From positions 544,001 through 608,000 of the forward strand of contig CAXXVD010000005.1 in NCBI GenBank assembly GCA_963662335.2: a stretch of 64,000 nt of DNA. Direction: 5' to 3'. This DNA comes from Chloroflexota bacterium (GTDB lineage Bacteria > Chloroflexota > UBA11872 > VXOZ01). The position numbers were made by a program, and so were the translations under genes. Positions 47,207 through 60,291 of the stretch are shown in pieces. Position 1 is the first letter of the stretch. Every line of letters begins with the position of its first letter. Below the pieces are notes generated by a model. That model was not told the DNA's origin, did not search any database, and saw only the letters and a program-made list of their open reading frames with translations.

Positions 47207-48340
47207 TCACAGCAGCGCGCCGTCGTCGTGCAGCCGCCAGGCGGCGTCCACCAGCGCCCACAGGCCGCCGCTCACCGCCGCGTTGCCGCCCAGCAGGACC
47301 GGCAGACCGGCGTCCCACGCCGCCGCGGCGAGCGCCCGTACAGCGGTGTCATCAATTTCATTAATCAGGCCCATGTCGGCGGCAAAGCGGTCATGCCCGC
47401 TGACACTGCCTCCGCTGTGCGCGTAGAGCACCCGCGTATCGAGAAACAGCGCGTCCCCCATGCGGGAGAATGCCGCAAAGAACGCTGCCGGGCCCACCGC
47501 CTCCAGGAAGTAGCCGAGCAACGAATGCACCGGCCGCGCGCTCGTGCTCATGCCGCGCTCCTCGGAAAAGACGCGGATGCGGCAGGCCATGTCCCGCCGC
47601 AGCAGCGGCCAAAGCTGCGCACTGACCCGGCCGGCGAGAATGACCTCCTCGTGGGGCCGCACGAAGGTGGGCATGGCCGCGCGCAGCCGCGCCGTAAGCG
47701 GGGACAACGCTTGCGCCACCGCGGCCTGCTCCAGGTAATTTCGCGTCCCCGGCCCGCACAGGGGATGGAGCGCGAGCATGGCGAGATCGGTGGGCGTATC
47801 GACGTCGAACATGGAGGCAATAGCCGGTTCCAGCGGCTCGTGCGCGAGGCCGGCTTCTTGGGCCAACTGCCGCGCCAGCCCGTTGTCCCGCTGGGGCGGC
47901 AGATCGATGGCCGTGAGCGCGCTGCCGGGATGGAAGCCAATGAAGTCGGCGGAGAAGAAATTGTTGGCGGTCACGCCATGGTCGAGCCGCGCCACCACGT
48001 CCCGCAGACCCGCGAGTTCGTCTACAGAGAGCAACGGTCCGCTGCCGCCGCCGAGATAGAGCACGCGCGCCAGGCGGTGGCGGGCGACGATGTCCGCCAA
48101 CGTGCGGCCAAAGTGGAAGCCCCCCGACGGTTCCGTAGTCTCAATGCTTACGCCGGCGGCACTGCCTTTGAAAGCGTCCGGCTGCGACGTTGCCACGACT
48201 ATGGGCGCAAAGCCGCCTGCGGCCCGCGCCTTGGCAATCAGGTCGTGGGCAATGGCGAAGTGGCTGTCGTAGACCAGCCGCTCGAGCGCGCTGGCGCCCC
48301 GCTTGCCCGCAAAGATGACGAGCCCTACGTCTTCAGCCAT
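47207..48340 (-). CDS. Hypothetical protein, CofC/DUF2064-like nucleotidyltransferase fold
   Basis: GGGSGPLL and FDVDTPTDL motifs. Confidence 0.55.
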   Translation of the reverse strand: MAEDVGLVIFAGKRGASALERLVYDSHFAIAHDLIAKARAAGGFAPIVVATSQPDAFKGSAAGVSIETTEPSGGFHFGRTLADIVARHRLARVLYLGGGSGPLLSVDELAGLRDVVARLDHGVTANNFFSADFIGFHPGSALTAIDLPPQRDNGLARQLAQEAGLAHEPLEPAIASMFDVDTPTDLAMLALHPLCGPGTRNYLEQAAVAQALSPLTARLRAAMPTFVRPHEEVILAGRVSAQLWPLLRRDMACRIRVFSEERGMSTSARPVHSLLGYFLEAVGPAAFFAAFSRMGDALFLDTRVLYAHSGGSVSGHDRFAADMGLINEIDDTAVRALAAAAWDAGLPVLLGGNAAVSGGLWALVDAAWRLHDDGALL

Positions 48341-48485
48341 GCGCCCGCGCTTTCCTCTAGCATACGCGCCCTTGCGCCGCGCCCGGCAGGGGACGCGCGA
48401 CAGCCACCGGACGCGCCATCGCGCTTCTCATCCGGCGGCTGTAGACAATCTTCCTGCCACGCGACCCCAAAGCGGGGCAATGCGC

Positions 48486-48794
48486 TTACATGTACCCGTA
48501 TTCCATCCGGATCTCTTCGGACATCATCTCCGGCGACCAGGCTGGATCCCAGACGATTTCCACGTCCACGTCCGCCACGCCTTCCAGGTCTTCCACCGCC
48601 TGATGCACCTGGGCGATGATGTAGGGGCCCGCCGGGCAGCCGGGAAACGTGAGCGTCATCTTGATCTGCACGTTGTTGTCGTCGGCCGTTTCGATCTCGT
48701 AGATGAGGCCCAAGTCCACGATATTGACGCCCAGTTCGGGGTCGATGACTTCCTTCAAACTCTCACGAATGATGTCCGTGCCCACGATTGCCAT
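48486..48794 (-). CDS. Metal-sulfur cluster assembly factor (DUF59/SufT/PaaD-like)
   Basis: VIDPELGVNIVDLGLIY, MTLTFPGCP, VWDPAWSPEMM. Confidence 0.92.
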   Translation of the reverse strand: MAIVGTDIIRESLKEVIDPELGVNIVDLGLIYEIETADDNNVQIKMTLTFPGCPAGPYIIAQVHQAVEDLEGVADVDVEIVWDPAWSPEMMSEEIRMEYGYM

Positions 48795-48877
48795 GTTCTT
48801 GGTCTCCTGGTTTTGAGCTTGGTCTTGTTCTTCAATCCTCATACTACCAACCGCGAACCCGCTCCCGCAATCGGGCG

Positions 48878-49585
48878 CTAGTCCACCTCGCGCGCGTAGA
48901 GTTCCAGGATACTACCCGCAAAGCCGGTAGCCGCCGGTGAGGCCAGGAAGACCAGCGCGTCGGCAAATTCCCGCAGGCTCACGGCGTGGCGCAGGTCGTC
49001 GGCGTCCAGGTACTGCGCCGCCTCCGCCGTGGCGATCGTGCCGGCCACGAGGCAGGTGGGCACGATACCGCGCTGCTTGTAGTCGCGGGCCACACCCTTG
49101 GTGAACGTGACCACCGCCGCCTTGCTCGCGCCAAAGAGCGCCCGCCCCGGCGCCGGGTCCAGCGCACTGCCGCCGGCAATGGTGATTATGTGCCCCGCGC
49201 CCTGCGCCAGCATGACCGGCAGCGCGGCGCGCACGAGGTTGTAGGTGGTGTAGAGGTTCGCCTCGATCTGCTGCTGGAGGTCCGCGAGCGTGGTCTCCGC
49301 CGCCTCGCGCTGCGCGAAACCGCCGGAGAGCAGCGTCGCCGCGTCCAGGCGCCCGAACGCCGCGCAGGCCTGCGCCACCGCGCTCCCGGCGTCAGCCGGC
49401 TGCGATAAGTCCGCCTCCAGCCCCAACACCGTATCCCCGTGGGGAATCCGGCTCAACGTAGCCTGCAAGCGCTCGCGGTCGCGGCTCGTGGCCGCCACGC
49501 GGTAGCCCGCCTGGAGAAACGCCGTAATGACGGCCGCTCCCGTGCGGGCCGTGCCGCTGCCAATCAAAATCGTGCGCGCTGCCAT
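48878..49585 (-). CDS. SDR family oxidoreductase
   Basis: GSGTARTG N-terminus; FGASK stands where YxxxK is expected. Confidence 0.75.
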   Translation of the reverse strand: MAARTILIGSGTARTGAAVITAFLQAGYRVAATSRDRERLQATLSRIPHGDTVLGLEADLSQPADAGSAVAQACAAFGRLDAATLLSGGFAQREAAETTLADLQQQIEANLYTTYNLVRAALPVMLAQGAGHIITIAGGSALDPAPGRALFGASKAAVVTFTKGVARDYKQRGIVPTCLVAGTIATAEAAQYLDADDLRHAVSLREFADALVFLASPAATGFAGSILELYAREVD

Positions 49586-49610
49586 TTCACCCTAAGCCTC
49601 AATACAACAC

Positions 49611-50579
49611 TTACTCGTTCGCCAGCGCGTAGCAGGCGTCCACCGCTACCATCGCGCGCCGCATGTCTGCCATCGTGGCGAGCGGAGCCTTGCCCTCGCG
49701 GAAGGCCGCCAGCGTATCCTTCACGAAGTCCTGATACAGCCCCTGCACCGAGTGGCCGCCGCGTTCTTCAACACCTTCTTCGGTGATGATATGCGTGGCG
49801 CCGTCCCGGTACGTGACGTAGGTCGTGCCGTCGCTCACGTTCCAGACCGTGTCGGAGGCGTCCGCCGGATAGGTGTACGCCACCTCCACCGTCGCATAAG
49901 AATCGTCGTCGCCGCTAAACGCGACGTTGGCGTACTCTTCCACCGGGATACCCGGCGTAATGCGCACCAGCTTTGCCGATTCCACGCGCACCTCCTGGCT
50001 GCCGGTGAACCACGCAAACAGGTCCGCGTAGTGCACGCCCAGGTTGCGCAGCGCGCCGCCGCCGGATTCCGCGGCGTCGAGCATCCAGGGACAGCCGGAG
50101 TCCACGTAGCGCTGCACCGGCCCGCCGGCGTAGCGAAAGTGCGCGTGCCGCAGCGGCCCAAGGCGTCCATTGGCGCGCAACTCCATCACCGCCTGGGAAA
50201 ACGGCGCGGCGCGGTTCGTCAGCGGGATGGCAACGAAGACGTCATTTTGCTGCGCGAGCGCAAGCAGCCGGTCGAATTGGCTCGCGTCGGTGCCCAGCGG
50301 CTTCTCGATGACGAAGGGAATGCGCCGTTCCAGGAGTTGGGTTGCGATCTCCGGTTGCAGCCGGTACCGGCCAAACGAGAAGACGAAGTCGGGCTTTTCT
50401 CTCTCCAGCAGGGCAACATAGTCTACGTAGGGAGTGCAGCCCGAGAACTGGCCAGCAAACCGTTCGGCATAGCCCGGCTGCTCGTCCGACACCGCCACCG
50501 GCGTGATGCCCAGCGCCGTAAACGCCGGCAGGTAGAGCGGCACGTGCCAGTGGCTGATCTCTAAAATCGCAATGCGCAT
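49611..50579 (-). CDS. Gfo/Idh/MocA oxidoreductase
   Basis: IEKPLG, SGGGALRNLGVHYAD. Confidence 0.88.
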   Translation of the reverse strand: MRIAILEISHWHVPLYLPAFTALGITPVAVSDEQPGYAERFAGQFSGCTPYVDYVALLEREKPDFVFSFGRYRLQPEIATQLLERRIPFVIEKPLGTDASQFDRLLALAQQNDVFVAIPLTNRAAPFSQAVMELRANGRLGPLRHAHFRYAGGPVQRYVDSGCPWMLDAAESGGGALRNLGVHYADLFAWFTGSQEVRVESAKLVRITPGIPVEEYANVAFSGDDDSYATVEVAYTYPADASDTVWNVSDGTTYVTYRDGATHIITEEGVEERGGHSVQGLYQDFVKDTLAAFREGKAPLATMADMRRAMVAVDACYALANE

Positions 50580-50631
50580 CGGTTACTCCTGCTCCAAGAA
50601 AGGGCCTACGCCGCCGCCTAGCTGCCACACC

Positions 50632-50655
50632 GTAGCGCGGGGGCTTGTCCCCCGC
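50632..50655 (+). repeat. Family A REP
   Basis: Exact GTAGCGCGGGGGCTTGTCCCCCGC. Confidence 0.9.
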
Positions 50656-50695
50656 CTCTTGGCGCGAATGACTGCCAATATCCCTGGCGCGGCGC

Positions 50696-53479
<2,784 letters not shown>

Positions 53480-53619
53480 CCAATCCCTCAATCCCGTGCC
53501 AATGCCTCGCAACAAACGCCAGAACTTCCATGTGTACTGAGTAGAGGATACTATATTTCATGACTTCCAACATGCGGCGCGCTAGCGGCCGGCGCTTCTT
53601 TGCGCAGCGTAGATCCCGG

Positions 53620-53648
53620 TTGAAACGGGCCTGTTGACGGAGTATAGT
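53620..53648 (+). promoter_or_regulatory. Sigma70 promoter
   Basis: TTGAAA-N17-TATAGT upstream of 53698. Confidence 0.55.
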
Positions 53649-53697
53649 CTGGTCAAGGTGAGACGTACCAAGCCTTTCAAAGCACAAGGTGTCGTTC

Positions 53698-54525
53698 ATG
53701 CAACTCTCGCTCTCGGGCAGAATCGTCGAATCCGAGCACATCAAGACCAACTCGTCACTTGGCTTCACCGCATTTGCCGAATTGGCCGCGCGCGTGGGGT
53801 TCCACGCCGTGTGCGTGCGCGCCACCCACCTGAACAGCGCCACGCCGTTGGCGCGCGCGCGGGAGATGCGCGGCATCTTGGAACGGCACGGGCTGGTGGC
53901 GTCGATGGTCATGCTCGACTACCGCATCGCGAGCCAGGGAACCGCTCCCGACGCCGCCGCGCCGCTGCGCAACATTGGGCCAACGCTCGAACGCGCTACG
54001 GCAATCGGCGCTGACATGATCCGCGTGGCGGTCAAGAACGCGGCAGACATCCCCTGGGCGCAGCGCGCCGCGGATGAAGCGCGCGAGCACGGCATCCGGC
54101 TCGCCCACCAGAACCACACGCAGACTCCATTCGAGACGGTGGCCGAATGCGTGGAGATGTTTGCGCGCATCGACCGTCCCAACTTCGGCCTCATCGCCGA
54201 ACCGGCAAACTTCATGCTCTGCGGTGAAGACTACGGCGGGGAAGCGCTGAAACCCCTGGCCGCCTCAATCTTCAACGTCTATGTCCAGAATCTGAGCGTT
54301 TCGGATTCCGGTTCAGCTACCATAGAAACCAATCGCGGCCCCGTGCGCTACGAGCGTCTCGTCGTCGGCGATCCGGGCGGCGTCGACCTGGCGCGCTTCT
54401 GCGCTGGATTGCGCGCGATTGGTTACGACGGCTTCATTACCTCGAACCAGCCGGCAACCGAGGGGATTTCAGCCGAAGACTTGAGCAAGCGAGTGTATGC
54501 CGCCCTGGCCCGTTGCGCGCGCTAG
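53698..54525 (+). CDS. Sugar phosphate isomerase/epimerase (xylose isomerase-like TIM barrel)
   Basis: GIRLAHQNH, RPNFGLIAEPAN, GLRAIGYDG. Confidence 0.8.
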   Translation: MQLSLSGRIVESEHIKTNSSLGFTAFAELAARVGFHAVCVRATHLNSATPLARAREMRGILERHGLVASMVMLDYRIASQGTAPDAAAPLRNIGPTLERATAIGADMIRVAVKNAADIPWAQRAADEAREHGIRLAHQNHTQTPFETVAECVEMFARIDRPNFGLIAEPANFMLCGEDYGGEALKPLAASIFNVYVQNLSVSDSGSATIETNRGPVRYERLVVGDPGGVDLARFCAGLRAIGYDGFITSNQPATEGISAEDLSKRVYAALARCAR

Positions 54526-54647
54526 CGGGTAGCGCGCGGCGCGCGTGTACAGATGCCGCCAAGTAACGCTATACTAACGGCAACAGTCATACGTCGCAGT
54601 CAAGAGTTAAAGAGTCTACGCACTTCTCGAATTGGGAGGGACCTGCC

Positions 54648-55064
54648 ATGGCATCGACACTTGTCCACGTAGGCGTGCGCGCCAGCGACATCGACAAGAC
54701 GATTCGCTTCTGGCGCGACGCGCTCGGGCTGGAGGTGGTCAACGAACTCCACCACGGCTTCGATCTCAGCGACGGCTACCACAACTTTCGCGTCTTCCAG
54801 CATGATGGCCCGGAGCGCCCGGCGCACGTCTCCGGCATGTTGGACTACCTGCACATCGGCGTGAAAGTGGCGGACCTGGCGGCGGCGGCCACCCGGCTCG
54901 ACGACATGGGCTACGAGATCTTCTGGGAAGGCGTGAGCGAGGGCCAGGAATACTCGTATGACCCGTCCAAGCCGCCTTCCGGCTCGTTTAAGGTGGAAGA
55001 CCCGGACGGCATCGTGGTGGACGTGACCGCCAGCAGCGACCAGTGGCCGGGGGTAGAGCTTTGA
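54648..55064 (+). CDS. VOC family protein
   Basis: HVGVRASDI...FWRDALGL, HIGVKVADL, DPDGIVVD. Confidence 0.85.
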   Translation: MASTLVHVGVRASDIDKTIRFWRDALGLEVVNELHHGFDLSDGYHNFRVFQHDGPERPAHVSGMLDYLHIGVKVADLAAAATRLDDMGYEIFWEGVSEGQEYSYDPSKPPSGSFKVEDPDGIVVDVTASSDQWPGVEL

Positions 55065-56158
55065 GCACACCGTACCGGGTCGCCATCATCGGCACCGGCC
55101 GCATGGGCGGCCTCATCGAGGACGAGCAGGACATCCGTGGCTACATGACGCCCTACGGCCATTACTCCAGCTATGCGTCCATGCCGGAGACCACGGTAGT
55201 GGCGGTCGCCAATCGCGGCAAGGAGCGCCTGGAACGCTTCTGCAAGCGCTTCAACTTCAGCAACGCCTATCTCGATTACCGCGAGATGATCGAGAAAGAA
55301 AAGCCGGACATCGTCAGCGTTACGACGCCGTCGTTTGCCCGCGCCGAGCCGATCATTTTCTGTGCCGAAAACGGCGTGCGGGGCATTTTTGCGGAGAAAG
55401 GGCTGTGCGCGTCGCTGGCGGAAGCCGACCGCATCTATGAAGCGGTCACGCGCAATAACGTCGCCTTCAACTGGGGCACACAGCGGCGGCACCACGATGC
55501 CTACAAGCGCCTGCGCGCCGCCATACTCGACGGCGCCATCGGCCAGCCGCTGCACGCGATTGTGTACTATTGGACAGACATCATCAAGCACCACCCGCAC
55601 ACAATCGACGTCGCTAACATGATGCTGGGCGATCCCAAGCCGACGTGGGTCGAGGGCCGGTTAGTCGCTCCGAGCGACCCTCGCGTGAAAGGCAACGAAA
55701 AGGCATCGGCGCCCTATGATGCTGAGAAGCACGCCTTCGTGCCGTTGCCGGGCCAGGAAATCGCCGATCCCCAGGTGGACTTCTTCCGCATCGGCTACGA
55801 GACCGGGCAGGAAAGCTATTTCATTCCGACGCCGCGGTCATTTGACGTGGAAGTGCGCGGCACGGAGGGACGGGCGATTTCCTGGGACAACGGCATCAAC
55901 ACGCGCATACAGCGGCCGCTGCGGCGCGGTGTCGAATTGGAGGAGACGACTATCCATGCCTCCGGCGACGGGCCGTCGGTCACCAACATCCGCAATCTGA
56001 TTCGCGAGATTGAGACCGGCGAACGCACCGACGGCAACATCGACCGCGTCATGCAGACCGTGGAGCCGCAGTTTGGGATTGCGTATTCATCGCTGCAAGA
56101 TGGCGCGCGGGTCTCGCTGCCGGTGGCGGATAGGAGTCTGTATATCCCCGGCGGCTAG
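55061..56158 (+). CDS. Gfo/Idh/MocA oxidoreductase
   Basis: AIIGTGRMG, PDIVSVTTP, FAEKG; TTG start overlaps the upstream TGA. Confidence 0.85.
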   Translation: MSTPYRVAIIGTGRMGGLIEDEQDIRGYMTPYGHYSSYASMPETTVVAVANRGKERLERFCKRFNFSNAYLDYREMIEKEKPDIVSVTTPSFARAEPIIFCAENGVRGIFAEKGLCASLAEADRIYEAVTRNNVAFNWGTQRRHHDAYKRLRAAILDGAIGQPLHAIVYYWTDIIKHHPHTIDVANMMLGDPKPTWVEGRLVAPSDPRVKGNEKASAPYDAEKHAFVPLPGQEIADPQVDFFRIGYETGQESYFIPTPRSFDVEVRGTEGRAISWDNGINTRIQRPLRRGVELEETTIHASGDGPSVTNIRNLIREIETGERTDGNIDRVMQTVEPQFGIAYSSLQDGARVSLPVADRSLYIPGG

Positions 56159-56176
56159 GGCCGGCGCAAGGGCGCG

Positions 56177-56390
56177 CCGTTCACCTTTCGACAAGCTCAA
56201 GGCGAACGGTAGGATGGGCCAAGCTCAAGGCGAACGGTTTGAGTCAATGCCCAATGGCCCGTCATTCCGAGCGTAGCGAGGAATCTAGTACCGACGAGGA
56301 CTCTTGGGCGTAGCGCGGGGGCTTGTCCCCCGCTTGGTTGACGTGTGTTTCCGCGCCGAAGATGGATTCCCGCTTTCGCGGGAATGACGG
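56177..56390. repeat. REP cluster (E, D, A, C)
   Basis: CCGTTCACCTTTCGACAAGCTCAAGGCGAACGG; CGTCATTCCGAGCGTAGCGAGGAATCT; family A at 56310; GGATTCCCGCTTTCGCGGGAATGACGG. Confidence 0.85.
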
Positions 56391-56489
56391 ACTTCGCCAT
56401 ACGGCGCTGCGGGGATGACGGAGCGCGACGACGAATCCGGTCGACGTCTACGAGCGTGCGCAACTCAGCAAACACGAGGAGCAATAGAA

Positions 56490-57566
56490 ATGGCACAGAC
56501 GTACCGCGCGGCGCTGGTCGGCTGCAGCCGCATGGGGGCTTTCATCGACAATGAAATCACCGGCAACCGCTCGATACCGCTGCCCTATTCCCATGCCGCC
56601 GGCTATGAGGCCTGTCCGCGCACCGAATTGGTGGCGGGCGCCGACTTGCGCCCTGACGTGCTGCAGCAGTTCGGCGAACGGTACAACGTGGGCTCCGCTC
56701 ACTGGTACACCAACCACCAGGACCTCATCGCCAACGAACAGCCCGACATCCTCAGCATCGCCACCCAGCCGGAACCGCGCTGCGAGATCATCCTCCACGC
56801 CATCGAGCAGGGCGTGCGCGCGCTTTATGTCGAGAAGCCGCTGTGCGCCTCTGTCGCCGAGGCTGAGGCCATCCGCGACGCCGTGCGCGCCAACAACGTC
56901 GCCTTGAATATGGGCACGAACCGCCGCTGGCACGACGGCTTCCTGGCGATGCGCGCCAAGATTCACTCCGGCGAACTTGGCGAGTTGCGCACGCTCTTCA
57001 ACTTCCAGACGGGGAACTTCTTCAATACGTCAAGTCACTACTTCGATCTCCTGCTGTACCTCAACAACGATGCCAAGCCCGAGTGGGTCCAGGCCTATGT
57101 CTTCCAATTCGATGAACTTGTCGTGGGCACGGAAGTACTGGAAGACCCGGCGGGAACAGGCACCATCATGTTTGAGAACGGCGTCATTGGCTATGCGCTG
57201 GATAGTTCCAGACGCTCAGAGGTTGAGGCCGTTTGCGGCAAGGGCGTCATTACCGCCTTGAATAACGGTGTGGAGTTTCGCACCCGCATCCAAGACGCGG
57301 CGGCATTGGTGGACGGGCCAAACTTGGATAATCCACCGACAAGCGCAACCCTAAACCTCGTCAACGACATCGTCCACGCCCTCGACACCGGTGAGCCCAC
57401 CCGCGGCGGCGCGGAGGTGGCGTATTGGAACACCCAAATCATATTCGGCATGATCGAGTCGCATCGGCGCGGCGGCGCGCGTGTGGAACTCCCGCTGACA
57501 AACCATGACCTGCGCTTCATCCGCCGCGATCACGTGGCGCGCCAGCCGAAGTACGCGACGGGCTAA
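56490..57566 (+). CDS. Gfo/Idh/MocA oxidoreductase, tandem copy 1
   Basis: LVGCSRMG, YVEKPLC; GAGGAG RBS. Confidence 0.9.
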   Translation: MAQTYRAALVGCSRMGAFIDNEITGNRSIPLPYSHAAGYEACPRTELVAGADLRPDVLQQFGERYNVGSAHWYTNHQDLIANEQPDILSIATQPEPRCEIILHAIEQGVRALYVEKPLCASVAEAEAIRDAVRANNVALNMGTNRRWHDGFLAMRAKIHSGELGELRTLFNFQTGNFFNTSSHYFDLLLYLNNDAKPEWVQAYVFQFDELVVGTEVLEDPAGTGTIMFENGVIGYALDSSRRSEVEAVCGKGVITALNNGVEFRTRIQDAAALVDGPNLDNPPTSATLNLVNDIVHALDTGEPTRGGAEVAYWNTQIIFGMIESHRRGGARVELPLTNHDLRFIRRDHVARQPKYATG

Positions 57567-57756
57567 AGCCGTGCAACCGGCCGTAGTCAATTCCCGCTGG
57601 AGCGGGAAACCCCGGCCGGTCTAGCGATACGCCGTTCAAACCTGATGGATAGCGTGGAAGGGAGGCTACCCTGTCGTGGGTCGGCTAGCAGTCGTTTACG
57701 GGCGCTGATCCACAACCGCCGGCACTGCGCCACTATATGTTTGAGGAGTTTCCACT

Positions 57757-58833
57757 ATGGCAAACACGTACCGCGCCGCACTTATCGGCTGCAGCCGCAT
57801 GGGAGCGTTCATCGACAATGAACACCAAGGCTATCGCCCGATACCGCTGCCGTATTCCCATGCCGCCGGCTATGAGGCCTGTCCGCGCACCGCTCTCGTG
57901 GCGGGGGCCGAACTCCGACCGGAAGTGCTGGAGAAGTTTGGCGAACGCTACAACGTGGGTCCCGACCACAGGTACACCAACTATCGCGACCTCATAGCGA
58001 ACGAACAGCCGGACATTCTCAGCATCGCCACCCAGCCGGAGCAGCGCTGCGAGATCATCCTCCACGCCATCGAGGCGGGAATCCGCGCGCTGTATGTTGA
58101 GAAGCCCCTCTGTGCCTCGGTCGCGGAGGCGGAAGCCATCCGCGATGCCGTGAACGCCAACAACGTCGCCTTCAACATGGGCGCCAACCGGCGCTGGCAC
58201 AATGGCTTCGCGGCAATGCATGACAAGATTCACTCCGGCGATTTCGGCGAGTTGCGCACACTCATAAACTACTGTACCGGTTCTTTCTTCAATGGGTTCA
58301 CTCACTCCATTGACCTCTTCATGTTCCTCAATAACGACGTGACACCGCAATGGGTACAGGCCTATGTCTTTCAATTCGATGAGCTCGTTGTAGGCGCCGA
58401 AGTGCTGGAAGACCCGGCGGGCACCGGCACCATAATGTTTGAAAACGGGGTCTTCGGCTATGGGTTGGTTAGTCCCAGACGCGCCGAGGTCGAGGCGGTC
58501 TGCGACAGCGGCATGATCGAGGCGTTGGACAACGGCGTGGAGTTTCGTACGCGCAGCAAGGTCATGGATTCATCGGAGGACGGGCCGAACCTCGCATACG
58601 AGCGGAAGAGTTCGACGCTGCTCCTCATTGAAGATCTAGTCCACGCGCTCGACACGGGCAAGCCGACCCGCGGCGGTGCGGAGGTGGCGTATTGGAATAC
58701 CCAGGTTATCTTTGGCATGATCGAATCGCACCGGCGCGGCGGCGCGCGGGTGGAGCTGCCCCTCACCAATCACGATTTACGCTTCATCCGCCATGATCGC
58801 GCCGCTAGCCAACCGACGTACGAGCCTATCTAG
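57757..58833 (+). CDS. Gfo/Idh/MocA oxidoreductase, tandem copy 2
   Basis: Same length as copy 1 with long identical peptides. Confidence 0.9.
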   Translation: MANTYRAALIGCSRMGAFIDNEHQGYRPIPLPYSHAAGYEACPRTALVAGAELRPEVLEKFGERYNVGPDHRYTNYRDLIANEQPDILSIATQPEQRCEIILHAIEAGIRALYVEKPLCASVAEAEAIRDAVNANNVAFNMGANRRWHNGFAAMHDKIHSGDFGELRTLINYCTGSFFNGFTHSIDLFMFLNNDVTPQWVQAYVFQFDELVVGAEVLEDPAGTGTIMFENGVFGYGLVSPRRAEVEAVCDSGMIEALDNGVEFRTRSKVMDSSEDGPNLAYERKSSTLLLIEDLVHALDTGKPTRGGAEVAYWNTQVIFGMIESHRRGGARVELPLTNHDLRFIRHDRAASQPTYEPI

Positions 58834-58930
58834 CGGTAGTTTAGTTGCAACCTACCAGGGACCGGACAGCGACTAGAGCGCCGGTTCAGTGTGACGACAA
58901 GTCTCATCGAAGCGAAAGGCGTTAAGGAAC

Positions 58931-59908
58931 ATGGCTGACATGATGTGGCGGGTTGGCAAGCATGAGGGTTTGGGCAACATCGTGATGGAGCAGGCGCCCA
59001 TTCCCGAACTCGGCCCCACAGAGGTGCTCGTGCGCGTCCATCGGAGCCTTATCAGCCGCGGCTCGGAGTTGTGGAGACGCTACGTCATGCCCGGGCCGGT
59101 GGACCACCGTAGTATGGGATATTCGACGGCGGGCGTCGTAGAGAAAGTGGGCAGTGAGGTGACCCGGTTTGCGCCCGGGGACCGCGTTTCCTGCACGGCG
59201 CCTCACGCGGAATATGCAGTTGGCGACGCGAGCGACGGCGCAAAGCGGCGGGTGGTGCATCTCCCGGACGACGTGCCGTTTGTCGACGGGACGTTTCAGC
59301 CCCTCGTCACGAGTTCCATTGGCTGGACCGCCGCCGCCGGCATTCAGCCGCAACACACGGTGGTAATTTTGGGCCTCGGCTTGGTGGGCAATCTCGTCAT
59401 GCAAGCCGCGACCCGGTTCTTGCCGGCCCAACTCTGCGGCATCGACATGCTGCCGATTCGCCGCAGACTGGCTGAAGAGCGGAACATGGGAACTATCATC
59501 GATGGCGCCGCGCGCGATCCGGTGGAGTCGGTACTGGAACTCACGGACGGCCAGGGCGCGGACATTGTCATCGACTGCGTGGGCGGCCGCGCGGGCGTCA
59601 AGTCGTTTGCGCAAGCCCAGGATATGCTCGTTGCCGGCGGCTTGCTACAGATTATCGGCCTCTACCACGACGCCCCGTTGCCGCTGGACGCCTCCAAGAT
59701 GCAACGCAAGCGCCTGATTGGCGGGTATCTGATGGATACCGACGTGGACGCCAATGCCCGCGCGGCTATGGAGGCGCTCTCCAACGGCCTTGAGCAAGTA
59801 GCGCCGCTTGTTACCCATCGCTTCCCGGGCAATCAGGCGAAAGCAGCCTTCGACCTGCTCTACGAACACCCTGAAGACGCCATGGGCGTCATTCTGGAGT
59901 GGACGTAG
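58931..59908 (+). CDS. MDR (zinc-binding dehydrogenase-like) oxidoreductase, tandem copy 1
   Basis: SLISRGSE, GYSTAGVVEKVG, GLGLVG, GADIVIDCVG. Confidence 0.88.
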   Translation: MADMMWRVGKHEGLGNIVMEQAPIPELGPTEVLVRVHRSLISRGSELWRRYVMPGPVDHRSMGYSTAGVVEKVGSEVTRFAPGDRVSCTAPHAEYAVGDASDGAKRRVVHLPDDVPFVDGTFQPLVTSSIGWTAAAGIQPQHTVVILGLGLVGNLVMQAATRFLPAQLCGIDMLPIRRRLAEERNMGTIIDGAARDPVESVLELTDGQGADIVIDCVGGRAGVKSFAQAQDMLVAGGLLQIIGLYHDAPLPLDASKMQRKRLIGGYLMDTDVDANARAAMEALSNGLEQVAPLVTHRFPGNQAKAAFDLLYEHPEDAMGVILEWT

Positions 59909-59938
59909 TTGGCAAGAGACCGGTTGTGCGTTGGCTCC

Positions 59939-60202
59939 GGTAACGCAGATTTGCAACCTGCGAACCGAGATCTGCCATTGCTCCGGTAGCGCAGGTTTGC
60001 AACCTGCGCATCAAGCCCTGCGGTCGCCTTCGATGGCGCAGACTTGCAACCCGGAGAAGCGCCCTCACTCTAACCCTTGCCCTTGAGAGGCCTTTGCGCA
60101 ACCCAATCCCCATGATGGCGGAAGGCCGGGAATGGATTGGACGGGATTGACAATATGCTAGCTGGTAGTGTAATCGCTCCCCTGGATTCGCGGGAATGAT
60201 GG
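59939..60202. repeat. REP cluster (B x3, F, C) with an IS5-like MITE end at 60087
   Basis: GGTAGCGCAGGTTTGCAACCTGCG near 59985 plus variants; GAGGCCTTTGCGCAACCC. Confidence 0.7.
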
Positions 60203-60291
60203 CCATGCCCTCTTGCCTTCCCACTTCCAATTCCGCAGAGCGAGAATTAGCAGTCGCATTGTGCTTCACGTAACTAGAGGATGGGATAGCG

